A stretch of DNA of 63,460 bases, filler included, from Perkinsus chesapeaki ATCC PRA-425 (Eukaryota > Protista > Perkinsozoa): NCBI GenBank assembly GCA_013115145.1. It is 9 parts of 9 records of this genome, joined end to end, with 100 filler letters (N's around TTAATTAATTAA, not from the genome) between each part and the next. Parts side by side here need not be neighbours in the genome. Positions count along the whole stretch, not along the records: positions 47,581 to 50,234 come from JAAPAO010001550.1; positions 50,335 to 53,943 come from JAAPAO010001378.1; positions 54,044 to 56,476 come from JAAPAO010001606.1; positions 56,577 to 62,210 come from JAAPAO010001137.1; 5 more parts are not named here. One strand, given 5' to 3'. Each line of letters begins with the position of its first letter. The stretch's first letter is position 1. A program made the position numbers and the translations under genes. Under the pieces are notes generated by a model. The model saw only the letters and a program-made list of their open reading frames with translations. It did not search any database and was not told the origin of the DNA. Of the stretch, positions 48,347 through 59,749 are shown piece by piece.

Positions 48347-49259
48347 ATGATGCGGTCCCTTCTAACCTTTGCTGTATTATCTCTATGTGTCTTATTCTCT
48401 ACAGCCGAGGATGTAGCACCAGAACCAGCAGCCAATCTGCCTGAGGATGCCGACTTGAGTAAGATGCGTTTCCCACCAAGTCAAGTATTTTGAGCATGCG
48501 TACACCGCTGTAAAGATCTGGAGAGTGACTTTATAACAGTATGAGGTTCATAGTCACTTCTCAGAGTACTATCTATTACTTCGAATTCCTCACCTCTTCT
48601 TTTTCACAATCCGCATTTCTCACCAGACTCTCGAAACATGGTTATGAATATCATACAGTATAAAGTCACCCTCAAGAGATTTTGATCACCCATTTGAAAA
48701 GATAATCTGAAAAGCCCACTTATTCAGCGGTACTTGGGTGTGGCCGTAGTATCCTACTTTTAGTGTTTCCTTTTTTACTAACCAGCAGGCTTTATTAACT
48801 ATTTGTTTATTGTTCAGTTGTCGATAAGCTAGTTGAGAAGCAATGTGCTCGTCCCACCAAGGCCGGGGATTCCATATCGGTACATTATACTGGTTGGACC
48901 TTACAAGATGGCAAAAAGTTCGATTCCAGCAGGGATAGGAATCGTCCATTCGAGATTCCTCTAGGCGCTGGTAGCATCATTATTTTCTCCAAGGGGCTGA
49001 CTAATGACTCGATTAGGTCGTGTTATTAAAGGATGGGATGAAGGCTTAGTTGGAATGTGCCCCGGTGAATTGTGGCGTGTTACCATTCCCAGTGGCAAAG
49101 GGTAACCGCACATTGTGTGTTCATGTCCCTTTTATTAGTTTACTAATCAGATACGGTAAATACGGTGCGGGTGGTGTTATACCCGGAGGAGCTACTCTGG
49201 TGTTTAATGTTGAACTGTTGAGTATTAAAGGAGTTGATCCAACTGAGGAGGAACTGTAA
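48347..49259 (+). CDS. ER-type FKBP peptidyl-prolyl isomerase (FKBP2/FKBP13-like); middle exons unresolved
   Basis: Signal peptide [20 protein letters not shown]. Exons from 48818 give [40 protein letters not shown]^[24 protein letters not shown]^[23 protein letters not shown], ending in EEEL*. Confidence 0.92.
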
Positions 49260-50234
49260 TTCTCTTCATAGAAGTGTTAGCCTTTTCTCCATAACCCACT
49301 AGTGTAGTGTTGAGCAAGTTCACAAGGGTTAAATGACGAACTATCACAGAACTTAATTTACCAAAGCAATGTCCGAGCATGATGGATCGGAAGAATCTAC
49401 GAAAGTTAGTATATATCTTCAAAACTGTTATCTCATACCATATGGTTTTACACTGAATCCAGTATTCTGGTCATGCAATAGGCAAAAAGAGAGAAGTACA
49501 GCTATTGGCAAGATGGGAGCTGAACACGATCTAGTGCTATTACAGGAGGTAGTAGTAGTAGTAGTAGTAGGTATGGTATTGTCCTCTGGGGTGGGGTATA
49601 GGTTATGGTACCCAAATGCAGGTAGGCATCTTAGGCATCGAATAGACCGCCAACCCAACTGGTTATCTTAAATCTGGAACGATCGGCCAAATTGTAAAAT
49701 AGGTTTGTTGGTATGGGCTCGCATTTACATGCATACTGTCACCCCACCAGGAATTCAGAAGGGCGTCGGTGCGTACCGGGATGCACTCCCACTGGGGAAG
49801 ATTATTACGCTGTGATATGAGCATGATATGTTGTTTTAGGTATGGGGATCTTACACCTTCAATATCGATGAGGAGCTTAAGGGTAGCCATGAAGTTATGG
49901 AAGGATACTCAAGTAGTCGGTTATCTAATTACACTGATTGGTGGGATGCATACTGGGCGAAGACTGGTGGATTGTATGAAGCATGGCGGGGAAAGTCATT
50001 CAGGATGGTTAAGTGGTGGAAAACTACTTTTAGGAAAAGGTAGTAATTGTGGATTGCGGCATCGCGGCGTTACCAGTTGAGCGATGTGTTGCTTAAACTG
50101 GACCGTCTTTCGTAAAACATGGCATGAGGCATGAAATAATAGGCATTTTAACTTTTTGTATTACAGTCCTCCAAATTAACTTAGAATATCACGTTTTTGT
50201 GACCATTCTCTGCCAGATTTGCGACTCTGTGCCC

Positions 50235-50334
50235 NNNNNNNNNNNNNNNNNNNNNNNNNNNNNNNNNNNNNNNNNNNNTTAATTAATTAANNNNNNNNNN
50301 NNNNNNNNNNNNNNNNNNNNNNNNNNNNNNNNNN
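50235..50334. other. Artificial scaffold linker
   Basis: 44 N + TTAATTAATTAA + 44 N. Confidence 0.98.
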
Positions 50335-50340
50335 CTTATA

Positions 50341-53300
50341 ATGGTTCGTACAACACGTCGACGATCAGCAGGAGGCCGCTTTGTTGCTTCTGGTACTAGC
50401 CCCAGGACTACATCCTTAAGGGCTCCTATTGTCACTCCGCCCTTTCATGAAAGAAGCAGGAGTGAAGAACTACAACCCACTGATGTTGAGGACAGACCCG
50501 TGAGGGCAACTAGCTACCGGGAGGAGAAGAAAGAAGCTAAAATGGAGATTAAGAACACTGGTTTGAAAGCAAACCCTTGGAAGGTCACTAAGGACGGTCC
50601 TACTATCTCTGGTCATCTAGCAAGGATAGAAAGAATGTTGAGGCACACAGCCATAGACCCCAAAACTGCTACGGCGTATTTTGTCTTATATTATAGTGTA
50701 TCTGATAATGTTAAAGATGTTTTGCAAGATCGTGATCTTACGTTGCTCCCAGAAGCTTCTTTGTATGAACAGTTGCGTAAAGAATTGCTTACTCTGTACT
50801 ACGATGCAGGCGACAATAGTCGCTTGCGTAAGTCGTTGAACACTATTGTGCATCGATCTGATATGTCTCTCGCTGCTTTCTTTGAGGAAGTTGAGTCTAT
50901 TGTGGCTAGGCTTAGACTTCAAGGTAGCGTTGTTACAGAGGATGAGCTCTATGATCTTTATTGTGCCACACTAAGGCCCCCTTATAGTGATTGGATATTG
51001 ACTTATAGATTGGATAGTGTTCCGTATGAAAGAGCTCGTCTTCTAATGTTGAGTCGTTCCAGATCTCATGAATCCCATATGTTAGCACCTACCCCTAGTA
51101 CCTTTACGCAGCTGCAACAAGTTAGTGTTTCCCCCAATTCTCAAGATCAACGACTTTTTATTGACTTTGATAAACTACGCCGTGAAAATAAATGTATGAG
51201 ATGCTTTTCAGTTGGACATACTGCAGAGCACTGTCCGAGCCCAGCACCAGCAGAATATGATAAGCGATGCCTGTGCTGTGGACGAGGAGGGCACCGACGA
51301 GAAGCCTGCCGGTTACTGACTTCCCAAAAGAGATTGATCTGTCGCAGGTGCGGAATGAGAAATCATCTATCGTCTGCATGCCGCAATGCATTGGCCAAAA
51401 CGACTACACCCACTACTAGTACACCTGCCCCTTCGACGTCAACCCCAGCAGCTAGCTCAGTACAAGAATCTACTAATGAGCCACAACAGCCCCAAACAGG
51501 TATTACAAATAATAATGTCAATAGTGCTGAGGCAACGTGGTTTGGTATGGCTTTGTCTTCTGATGGGGATGGTATATGTCTACCTACTTGCACTACCACA
51601 TGCAGTGAGCATAGTCCTACATTGCCAGGAGACTTTCTTCCCCTTATGTCGGAGGTCTCTCTCTGCTCTGGTAAAGATGATAGCAAATATAGCTGTAAAG
51701 CGCTCCTGGATACGGGAGCTGTGAAATGTTTCATCAAGAAGGATTTTCTAGATTCTCTACCTCGTTATTATGTACAAGACCGTAGAAGCGTTAATTATTC
51801 TGTAACAGTTGCCGATGGTAGGAAATTTTCTAGCAAGGAGAGTGTATTGCTCTCCATTGCCACCCCACAAAAGACAGTTTCAGCATGGTGTATTGTGTAT
51901 CCTTCGCTCGCTTTCCCCCTGATCCTTGGCCTTTCGTGTATGCGATCGCTCAACCTGATGTTATTTCTGTCGAGCGATAGTATCCTTTTAAGAGCTGATA
52001 CTACAGAGTCAGAGGTCCGCCTGNNNNNNNNNNNNNNNNNNNNNNNNNNNNNNNNNNNNNNNNNNNNNNNNNNNNNNNNNNNNNNNNNNNNNNNNNNNNN
52101 NNNNNNNNNNNNNNNNNNTTTTTGATGCTTGATGATTATTCTGAATCGTGGGAGTTTGACGTTTCGGACCCTTGGAGTATTAGCACCCCAGTAGATAAGC
52201 TGTTTAAAATGCCGTACGAGCCCTTTTCTTTATGTATCCCGTGTGAGGATAAGTTTAGCAATTATAACTGTACTGATTATAGAGGACTCACCTTGGATTC
52301 CCATGTGGATGAAAAGGGGTCTACTATAGATGTACAAAGGTTCGTTTACGGTATTCCTTGGGTTTCCGAGAAACGTCCTCCCAAACCTTCTGTTAATGTT
52401 ATCCTTAAATTTATCGATAGCGATAATCGCTTAGCTAAGAGATTAAAAGATTCTGGTTTATTTGAGGAATATTCTAAGGTATTTGAGGAATATATTCGCA
52501 GAGATATTTTGGTTAAAGTTGCTCCTGATGATTATGGTAAAGTGAATGGTATTATATCTCATTATCCTGTAATAAGTATGACTAGTAAAAGTACCCCTGT
52601 GAGGCCCGTACTGAGGGGTTCTCAGTATAGAGATATCATTGGTTCTGGCTTAGGACCGACAAAATCACCGAGTGATGCGGTTCTCCGTAGTACAATGCCT
52701 TCGATCCTATGTTTTAGACTGTTCCCTTATGTAGCAGTGCTAGACTTAGAGAAAGCTTTCTATATGTTACGCAATAGTGATGATGCAGCCTTTTTATTTT
52801 GTTTGCCCTGGAAGGGAGCGCTGTATAGAATGACGGCCCCTCCCATGGGAGCACCCCATTCGGCTGCTGCGCTACTGCATGCTACTCAATTGATGTGTAC
52901 GGAGGCATATGAATTGTTTATGTCTAGACATCCGGAGATACCCGACGGTGAGATTGTCGTTTCCTTTAGCCCCTATATGGATGATATTATTGTTGGAGCC
53001 GCCTCTGAAGCTTTATTATATGACGCTATAGACTCCCTTTTATCTGTGTGCCGATCGCATGGTTTCAATTGTCAGGAACACAAAAGAAGAGTTGGCACCC
53101 CACCAAAAGGCAGCTCCGCTTTCAAAGTGCTGGGACTTCTCTGGCACTGTGATGACAAAATTGGCAATCAAGACGGCCCTGTACTGCCTCCAGTGTTTAC
53201 CAAAAATGTTAATCATAAGAAGACGGTATCGTTAACTCAACGGGATGTTATGTCCCTTATCGCCAAATTTTATGATCCATGTGGTATCTGCAACCATATA

Positions 53301-53943
53301 TTATTAGCTATGAGGTTAATCTTGAGGAGTGAAGCCAATGAACAACCTGATATAGATGCTTTCATCTCGAGTGAAACCTTTTTATCTCTACGTAAGTTAA
53401 TGAGTGCATTTAAATCTTCTCAATCTATCCCTAGATTACTAAACTTGTTGTCAACTAGAGTAGTGTATTGTTTTGCTGACGCCAGTGGTTTTGCCACTGG
53501 AAATGTTCTAACTGATACTGCTCTCAATCCTATTATATGCCATTCACGCCTTGTTACACGTAATCGTATGGGATGGAGTATCGTTCGTAAAGAACTCCTT
53601 TCTTGTTCTGAAGTCATGTATACTTTCACCAATTTCATGAAGACTCTTAATCATCTATTCCCTGGTATTAAAGTTGTACCTATCTTATTAACAGATAATG
53701 AGGCTAACTATTATAGATTACGCAAAGCTGTATCATTGTATCCTGATGTTGAAGCGTTATACAAGGATATGCCAAAATGGGAAGTTAATACTCTTCTATC
53801 GATATCTGATATTATTAAGCGTTATGGTGGTTTTGTCTATCATATTTCTGGTAAATTTAATATTAGTGATTCCTTCTCTCGTGGCACAGCCCTACCAATA
53901 CCATTTCTGGACGTTGATGTTCTACAAGCTGTCCATGATGCTT
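50341..53943 (+). mobile_element. Bel/Pao-type LTR retrotransposon polyprotein (Gag 3xCCHC, protease, RT, RNase H); internal N-gap 52024-52118; integrase cut off
   Basis: CMRCFSVGHTAEHC, CLCCGRGGHRREAC, CRRCGMRNHLSSAC; ALLDTGA; LDLEKAF; YMDDI; TQRDVMSLIAKFYDPCG (Pao hallmark); FADAS; WSIVRKELL; HISGKFNISDSFSR. Confidence 0.9.
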
Positions 53944-54043
53944 NNNNNNNNNNNNNNNNNNNNNNNNNNNNNNNNNNNNNNNNNNNNTTAATTAATTAAN
54001 NNNNNNNNNNNNNNNNNNNNNNNNNNNNNNNNNNNNNNNNNNN
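53944..54043. other. Artificial scaffold linker
   Basis: 44 N + TTAATTAATTAA + 44 N. Confidence 0.98.
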
Positions 54044-54940
54044 GAGCGGAGAAGCTTAGAAAGCTTCATGGAGAGGTTCAAGAACTACTTGGACGAAAAC
54101 CACTGGCGCAGTCACTAGGGTACCTATGCAGCAGAACGGTCAGGTCCCCGAACCAATGCAATCGCATGATCAAAGACCAGATGCTTCAAAACCGACGAAG
54201 AAGAACCCTACAAGGCTTCGCTGCTTACCTAGGCACCCCGAGGTTTGCGCTTGTATCCCAGTATGGCCACTCACTAAACAATGGAGAGACTAATATTGGC
54301 CACCGTCGCAAGGGGGCCAAGCTGATCTCGAAGGGGTTGATAATCCGATTTCCTGACGCATGGCGGACATTAGAGAAGGACACATCCCAATGTGGTACCT
54401 CGGTATGTGTCCGGGATGCTGACCGGGAAGCTTCCTAACAGGGAGTCTCTGACGAGACACATGCTCGATGAGGATGAGTTTGGATTATCTCTAAAGACCT
54501 TCTGTCAGCATACTTATCACTCATTGGATCAAGCCCATCTGCTCAACAAGCTATTTTGTCTGGTTTCCTACCCAAACGAAGACGGTGCGTGCCCTTGCCA
54601 GCCCTCCTGCACCTGTCCAGAATTTATGAAAGACTTGAATTGTGGGCATACAAAGGCAGCTGAATACCTAAATGGGAACGATAACTCGGAGCAAGCTAAG
54701 GAGCAATGGTCGGTCTTGGACACCCACTTTAAGAAGCCTCATCGTGTTCGAAAGCGTGCTGGTACCTTCGACGAGGAGCCCCTACCTTCTACGATCCGGC
54801 ACGGTATGGGAGAGAGGCCATCGAAGAAGCGTCACCGCCAGCGAGACGAAGGGGGCGATGTTGCGGAGCCAGAAGGTATCGATGCGTGTTCTCCACCGCC
54901 TAAGAGACCTAGGATTGTCATAAAGGGATTGAGAGAATGA
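54044..54940 (+). pseudogene. Decayed MULE/Mutator-like transposase C-terminus with a SWIM zinc finger
   Basis: ERFKNYLDENHW (stop) ..RTNAI, then a frame change to RMIKDQMLQNRRRR, matches the MULE TNN..ES.N..IK region with a lesion. Downstream SCTCPEFMKDLNCGH is a SWIM CxC..CxH motif. Confidence 0.6.
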
Positions 54941-56476
54941 AGTAGCTCAAGATTGCGGTACGTGACTGTAGTACTAGTACTTAGTATTGGCTTTGGCCAG
55001 TGATTCTCCATTACCAACCCATTGAGCCAATTAGTTTCAATGCAAACTCGCGATTTGCGAAGTAGTTTGGATTCGACGAGCTCAGTTCATGTAGCAGACG
55101 GCGTCCTCGCATATTGTTGTCGAACAAAAACTTATCGATTAGCGAGAACAGTGACGATCACGTTACCCTCCCTCGGCTACCCTCGTTGGGTCAACTCGTT
55201 ACACCGCGTGACACTAAGCACTTACGATGCCTTTACACTAACTACCTCCACAAGAGGCCTCACGTTGCACCGTAACTGACTTGAGCAGTCTTAAAACTGA
55301 AAACTCAATATTGTTCAAGGAGCACGAACACTGCACCATCCAAGCACCAAACTTCAGTCCATTCAGATATGTGCGTCCATAGCAATGAGTGAATAATCAC
55401 TTCATGCCATTTCTGTACGCTCTAACTGAAGGAGGCTGTACGGCACCGGTATGGGGTCTGACGATGTTCGGCTCAGTGACACCTCTCGGCTGTTGCGGTA
55501 TTATGATAATACTATTATCCAATCGCCGCGTACCATGTAATTTCCACTCGCGTGAGGCACGAATGTGGGCTCCCGGGTGGTTACAATTTAATCATCCAGC
55601 GAGAAACGCCTCAGGAGTGCTGAATCAGCATGAGCACTGCTCCCATTTCTATTGAAGCAATAGCTGTAACACAATGAGGCTTACAGCTAAAAATGTCCCG
55701 TACTTGACTAGCTTCTACGGCGTTATCAATTGAGCTGGCATTAGATTGATTCGATTCGCCATAAAGGTAAGGTAGCCCTAGTGTAAGGATTCACTTCTAA
55801 CCCCTGCAGTATGGTGTATTTTAGGTTGACTGATGCGGTGCGAAGTTCACTGGTGGATTGTCCATGGCGATCCGAGGTAGCCTTGCCTTCCTAGACGGTA
55901 TTTCTGTCACAGCTCTAGCGCCAATTAATACTACAGCAACTCCACAAGCTCCAGCTACGGATATAACTATGTCAAGTGTGACTCAGCGGTCCCGAAGTGG
56001 GCTCTTGCGTTGGTCGACGGGAAAGCGAAGCCATAGATGAGTTGTGGAATCACTAACTGGTTCGGACAATATTTACACTTCGACTGAAAGTTCCTGTCAG
56101 GCATTGCCCGAGATACCTATACCTTGAGTGGACCGATCGTTTTAAAATACGGCCGGAGAAGCGGCTTCCAAGCCCTAACGCCATATTAGCCGGAGATGTG
56201 CTATAAAATGGATCTCTAAACCTAGGTACTAGTTTCAAGTTGAGAACCCTAACAACCCTAAATCGACAAGTTAAGCTAATATTATAATGATATACAAACG
56301 TTTTCAATACTCGTCGTTATAAAACTGATAACGATTGACCAACACATAAGCTAGTAAGAGACCGAACAGTGCTGAGGTGCTGCGGGTAAGCGACGATATA
56401 AATTAGTGGAGAGAAATGGAGACACAATGACACAATTTGCCATTGGGTCAATAGCACACAATGCCAGAACACCCTA

Positions 56477-56576
56477 NNNNNNNNNNNNNNNNNNNNNNNN
56501 NNNNNNNNNNNNNNNNNNNNTTAATTAATTAANNNNNNNNNNNNNNNNNNNNNNNNNNNNNNNNNNNNNNNNNNNN
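56477..56576. other. Artificial scaffold linker
   Basis: 44 N + TTAATTAATTAA + 44 N. Confidence 0.98.
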
Positions 56577-57328
56577 GGTGGTGCTACTCAAATCTGGGTA
56601 ATGATTGGTTCCATTACTCAGTCATCACTAGATCTGGGTTCTCCAGTTTTTGTGGTGCTACGGTTTCTTCGATTTAATTACGGTTTCTAAAGGGACTAAG
56701 GGTAAAGTAAGGTTGAGTGGGGAAGGAGAAGTAACCGGCGATGTTAGTGATTCTTCATTTGTTAAACACTATGTCCGCCGAAATTACTACTCCCCCAACT
56801 AATATCACTTACGGGCCAGAGCTCCCTCCAGGCTCAAGTGTAAACCCTAACCCTGGCACTCTAATCTTTCACCCTCCTCTACTACGTCCTGCTACTACTA
56901 ATCAGCTACTAGGGTATGATCAACCAGATAATGTTGAAAATGGTGGGGCGCAATCAAGCTCTTTTGATGGGGTTACTACAACCCAACAAAGACAGCTACT
57001 CCACCAACCACCACCTATTGTACCCACAGCTGATCAACAAACTATTGGAGCGACTCCTGACGGAACTCCACCGTTTTCGAACTATACCCACCAGCCTAAC
57101 ACTGGCGGTGTAGGTATCAACAATTCGGTGCCGGTTAAACTTGGTACTGGACTACGTAGTACTCAGCCTGTCTGTACTGATCCAAGGTCAGTTCGACTAC
57201 CTCCACCTCAACCACACTACCCCATATTCGAAAATCAAGGAAACCTACCCTGGCAACTGGGCCATGATCGTGTGCAAGGCTATAATACTACAGATCAACA
57301 ATACTACACATGTTATGATAGTGGTTCT

Positions 57329-57454
57329 CAACGTGACCAACCTCCCCAACGTGGCCAACCTTACCAACGGGGTCAACCCCCTCAACGTGGCCAACTCCCA
57401 CAACCTGACCAACTATACCAACGTGGCCAACTACCACAGCATGGTCAACCAATT
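57329..57454 (+). repeat. Seven 18-bp coding repeats (Q-R-G-Q-P/L-x) in Gag
   Basis: caacgtgaccaacctccc caacgtggccaaccttac caacggggtcaaccccct caacgtggccaactccca caacctgaccaactatac caacgtggccaactacca cagcatggtcaaccaatt. Confidence 0.9.
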
Positions 57455-59557
57455 GGAGGAGGACTACTACCCCCTTATCATACTATGCCACAAGATAACT
57501 ACTATCATAAACCCCAATTTGATGTACACTCGCCCCTGAACCGCCCACACCAATTTTACGTTCCCCGTAAAAGAGGTTCTGCTCACTATGGATGGTGCGA
57601 AGGGTGCAGTGACTACACATGCATTTCGCAGATAGCAATTAAGGACTACGACTCAGCTGAACGCGTGGTTGATAGCCTTAAACCGCTGACTAGATTTCAC
57701 GGTGCTGAGGATCGTCGGTCTGGTACTGCCTTCATAGATGAAATGTTTACTATGACCGAAGGTCACCCAGAGGTGGTGAAGTACTTGTGGCTCAAACGCT
57801 ACACTACTTCCTATGTCTGGACTATGATCACTGATGGTATACAACCTCCTACTAGATGCCATCGAGCGTACGAGCTACAACGAAGTCAACTCATACACCG
57901 TATCAGCCACCACTACGACTCCCTCGATCATGTACAACGGTCTGGAGAAGAACTAGCTCATTGCACTCAGGGCAAGACTACGGTGTATCAGTTTATACGC
58001 AAGCTAGAAACCTTAGCTTCAGAGCTATATAATTTGGGGTCACCAGTACCTTATCGTGATCTCAAGCTCAGACTACATAAAGGCCTGCGCTCTATGATGC
58101 TCCGCCAGAAACTAGACGTCGACCTCATGAACGACCAGATGCCCTTTGAACATTTTAGAGATCAAGTTCTACTACAACATAAGCGACTTGTAAACTACTA
58201 CGGTGTGGACTATGAGACTAAGGAAATTGGTGGTATTTCTGTCCGCCAATTACCTGAACCTTATCGTACTACTGGCTCTCACACTAGGGGACGCTCTAGA
58301 GACTCCAACCGTGAGCATTCTTACCGCTCCCGAGACTATACTCCTAAAAGTACTACTAGTGATGAGCCAACGACCAAAAGGAGATCGTCGGTCCACTCTG
58401 TTAGCCACTACGGTGAAGACCAGCAGGATGACTACTCTATCAAACATCTACTAGCTATCCGAAACGATGTTACTGGATTCAAATGCTTTAGATGCGATGC
58501 GGAGGGACATTCTGCAAAGAATTGTCCCGAACTAAGTCCGGTTGGTCTCACTACGAGATGTAGGGTTTGTGGAAACCCTGAACACACTACAGACTCCTGC
58601 AGGATCAATGCAGAAAAACTACTCTGTCATAGATGCAACCTGCCAGGCCATTTGGCCTATGTCTGTGGTACTAAGTTACCGGTAGCCTCTACTACAAAAG
58701 TCCTAGGTCCAACTACAGCAACTACTAGAACTCAGTCTGCTACCGGCAAAGGCTCAGGACGGCAAACTTCTAACCGTGGTAGACCTAATACTACTGTTCA
58801 TGCCGCCTTCCTCAACGAGACTACTACGGAGACTGGTTCGCACTGCTACACACTACGCAGTTCTAGAACTAGAACCCCCACTCCGGACCCACGTGTACTA
58901 CACCGCCATGGTATGATGACAGGCTATGTCACTATTGAAGACACTGAGGTTATAGCGATATATGATACTGGGGCAGATGTTTCACTAATTACGGCATCTT
59001 GTCTAAACGAAGTGGCACCAGATGCTACTATCAATACTAATATTCCTAACACCCTCAGTGCAGCCAATGGTGGCAACCTGCATACTATTGGGTCGGTTAT
59101 GTTGAGAGTGTCTACTTCGAGAACCTCGGAGGTTGATACGTTTCTCGTCACTACGGTTCCACTGACTACTCCAGTCATCTTAGGTTGTCCGACTATGTCT
59201 CTTTTGAAAACCCGTATCACTATTAATAGTGCGGGATATGATATTGAGACTAATTATGCAACCCCTACTGATAAGTACAAGGTCCGTTTTCATGATCATG
59301 TACAATATAGTGACGATGATTCGAAAGAACCTACACCTCTCCCTCACTGTGTTGTGGACTACAAGATAAAGCACATCAACCAACTATGTCTACAAGAGCA
59401 TTGTGAGCCATGTGATTATGATGGATTCACACTTCAACCTACTACCCCATGGTTCTCGACTATCTTCCCGGAAACAACCTCTATTCCAATCAATGATGAT
59501 TCATTGATTCGTGGCCAAGGCCCATGTAACCACGGGAGGAACGACACTAAGGATACT

Positions 59558-59749
59558 ACTACTCTTGGTTACGGTGTCACTAATTGCTCTGGACCCCCCA
59601 ACAATTGTGTGACCACCGTGGCCAACGGTGACGACGCTAACTCGGGCGACTATACTACTCTTGGTTACGGTGTCACTAATTGCTCTGGACCCCCCAACAA
59701 TTGTGTGACCACCGTGGCCAACGGTGACGACGCTAACTCGGGCGACTAT
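59558..59749 (+). repeat. Perfect 96-bp in-frame tandem duplication between protease and RT
   Basis: TTLGYGVTNCSGPPNNCVTTVANGDDANSGDY x2 (59558-59653, 59654-59749). Confidence 0.97.
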
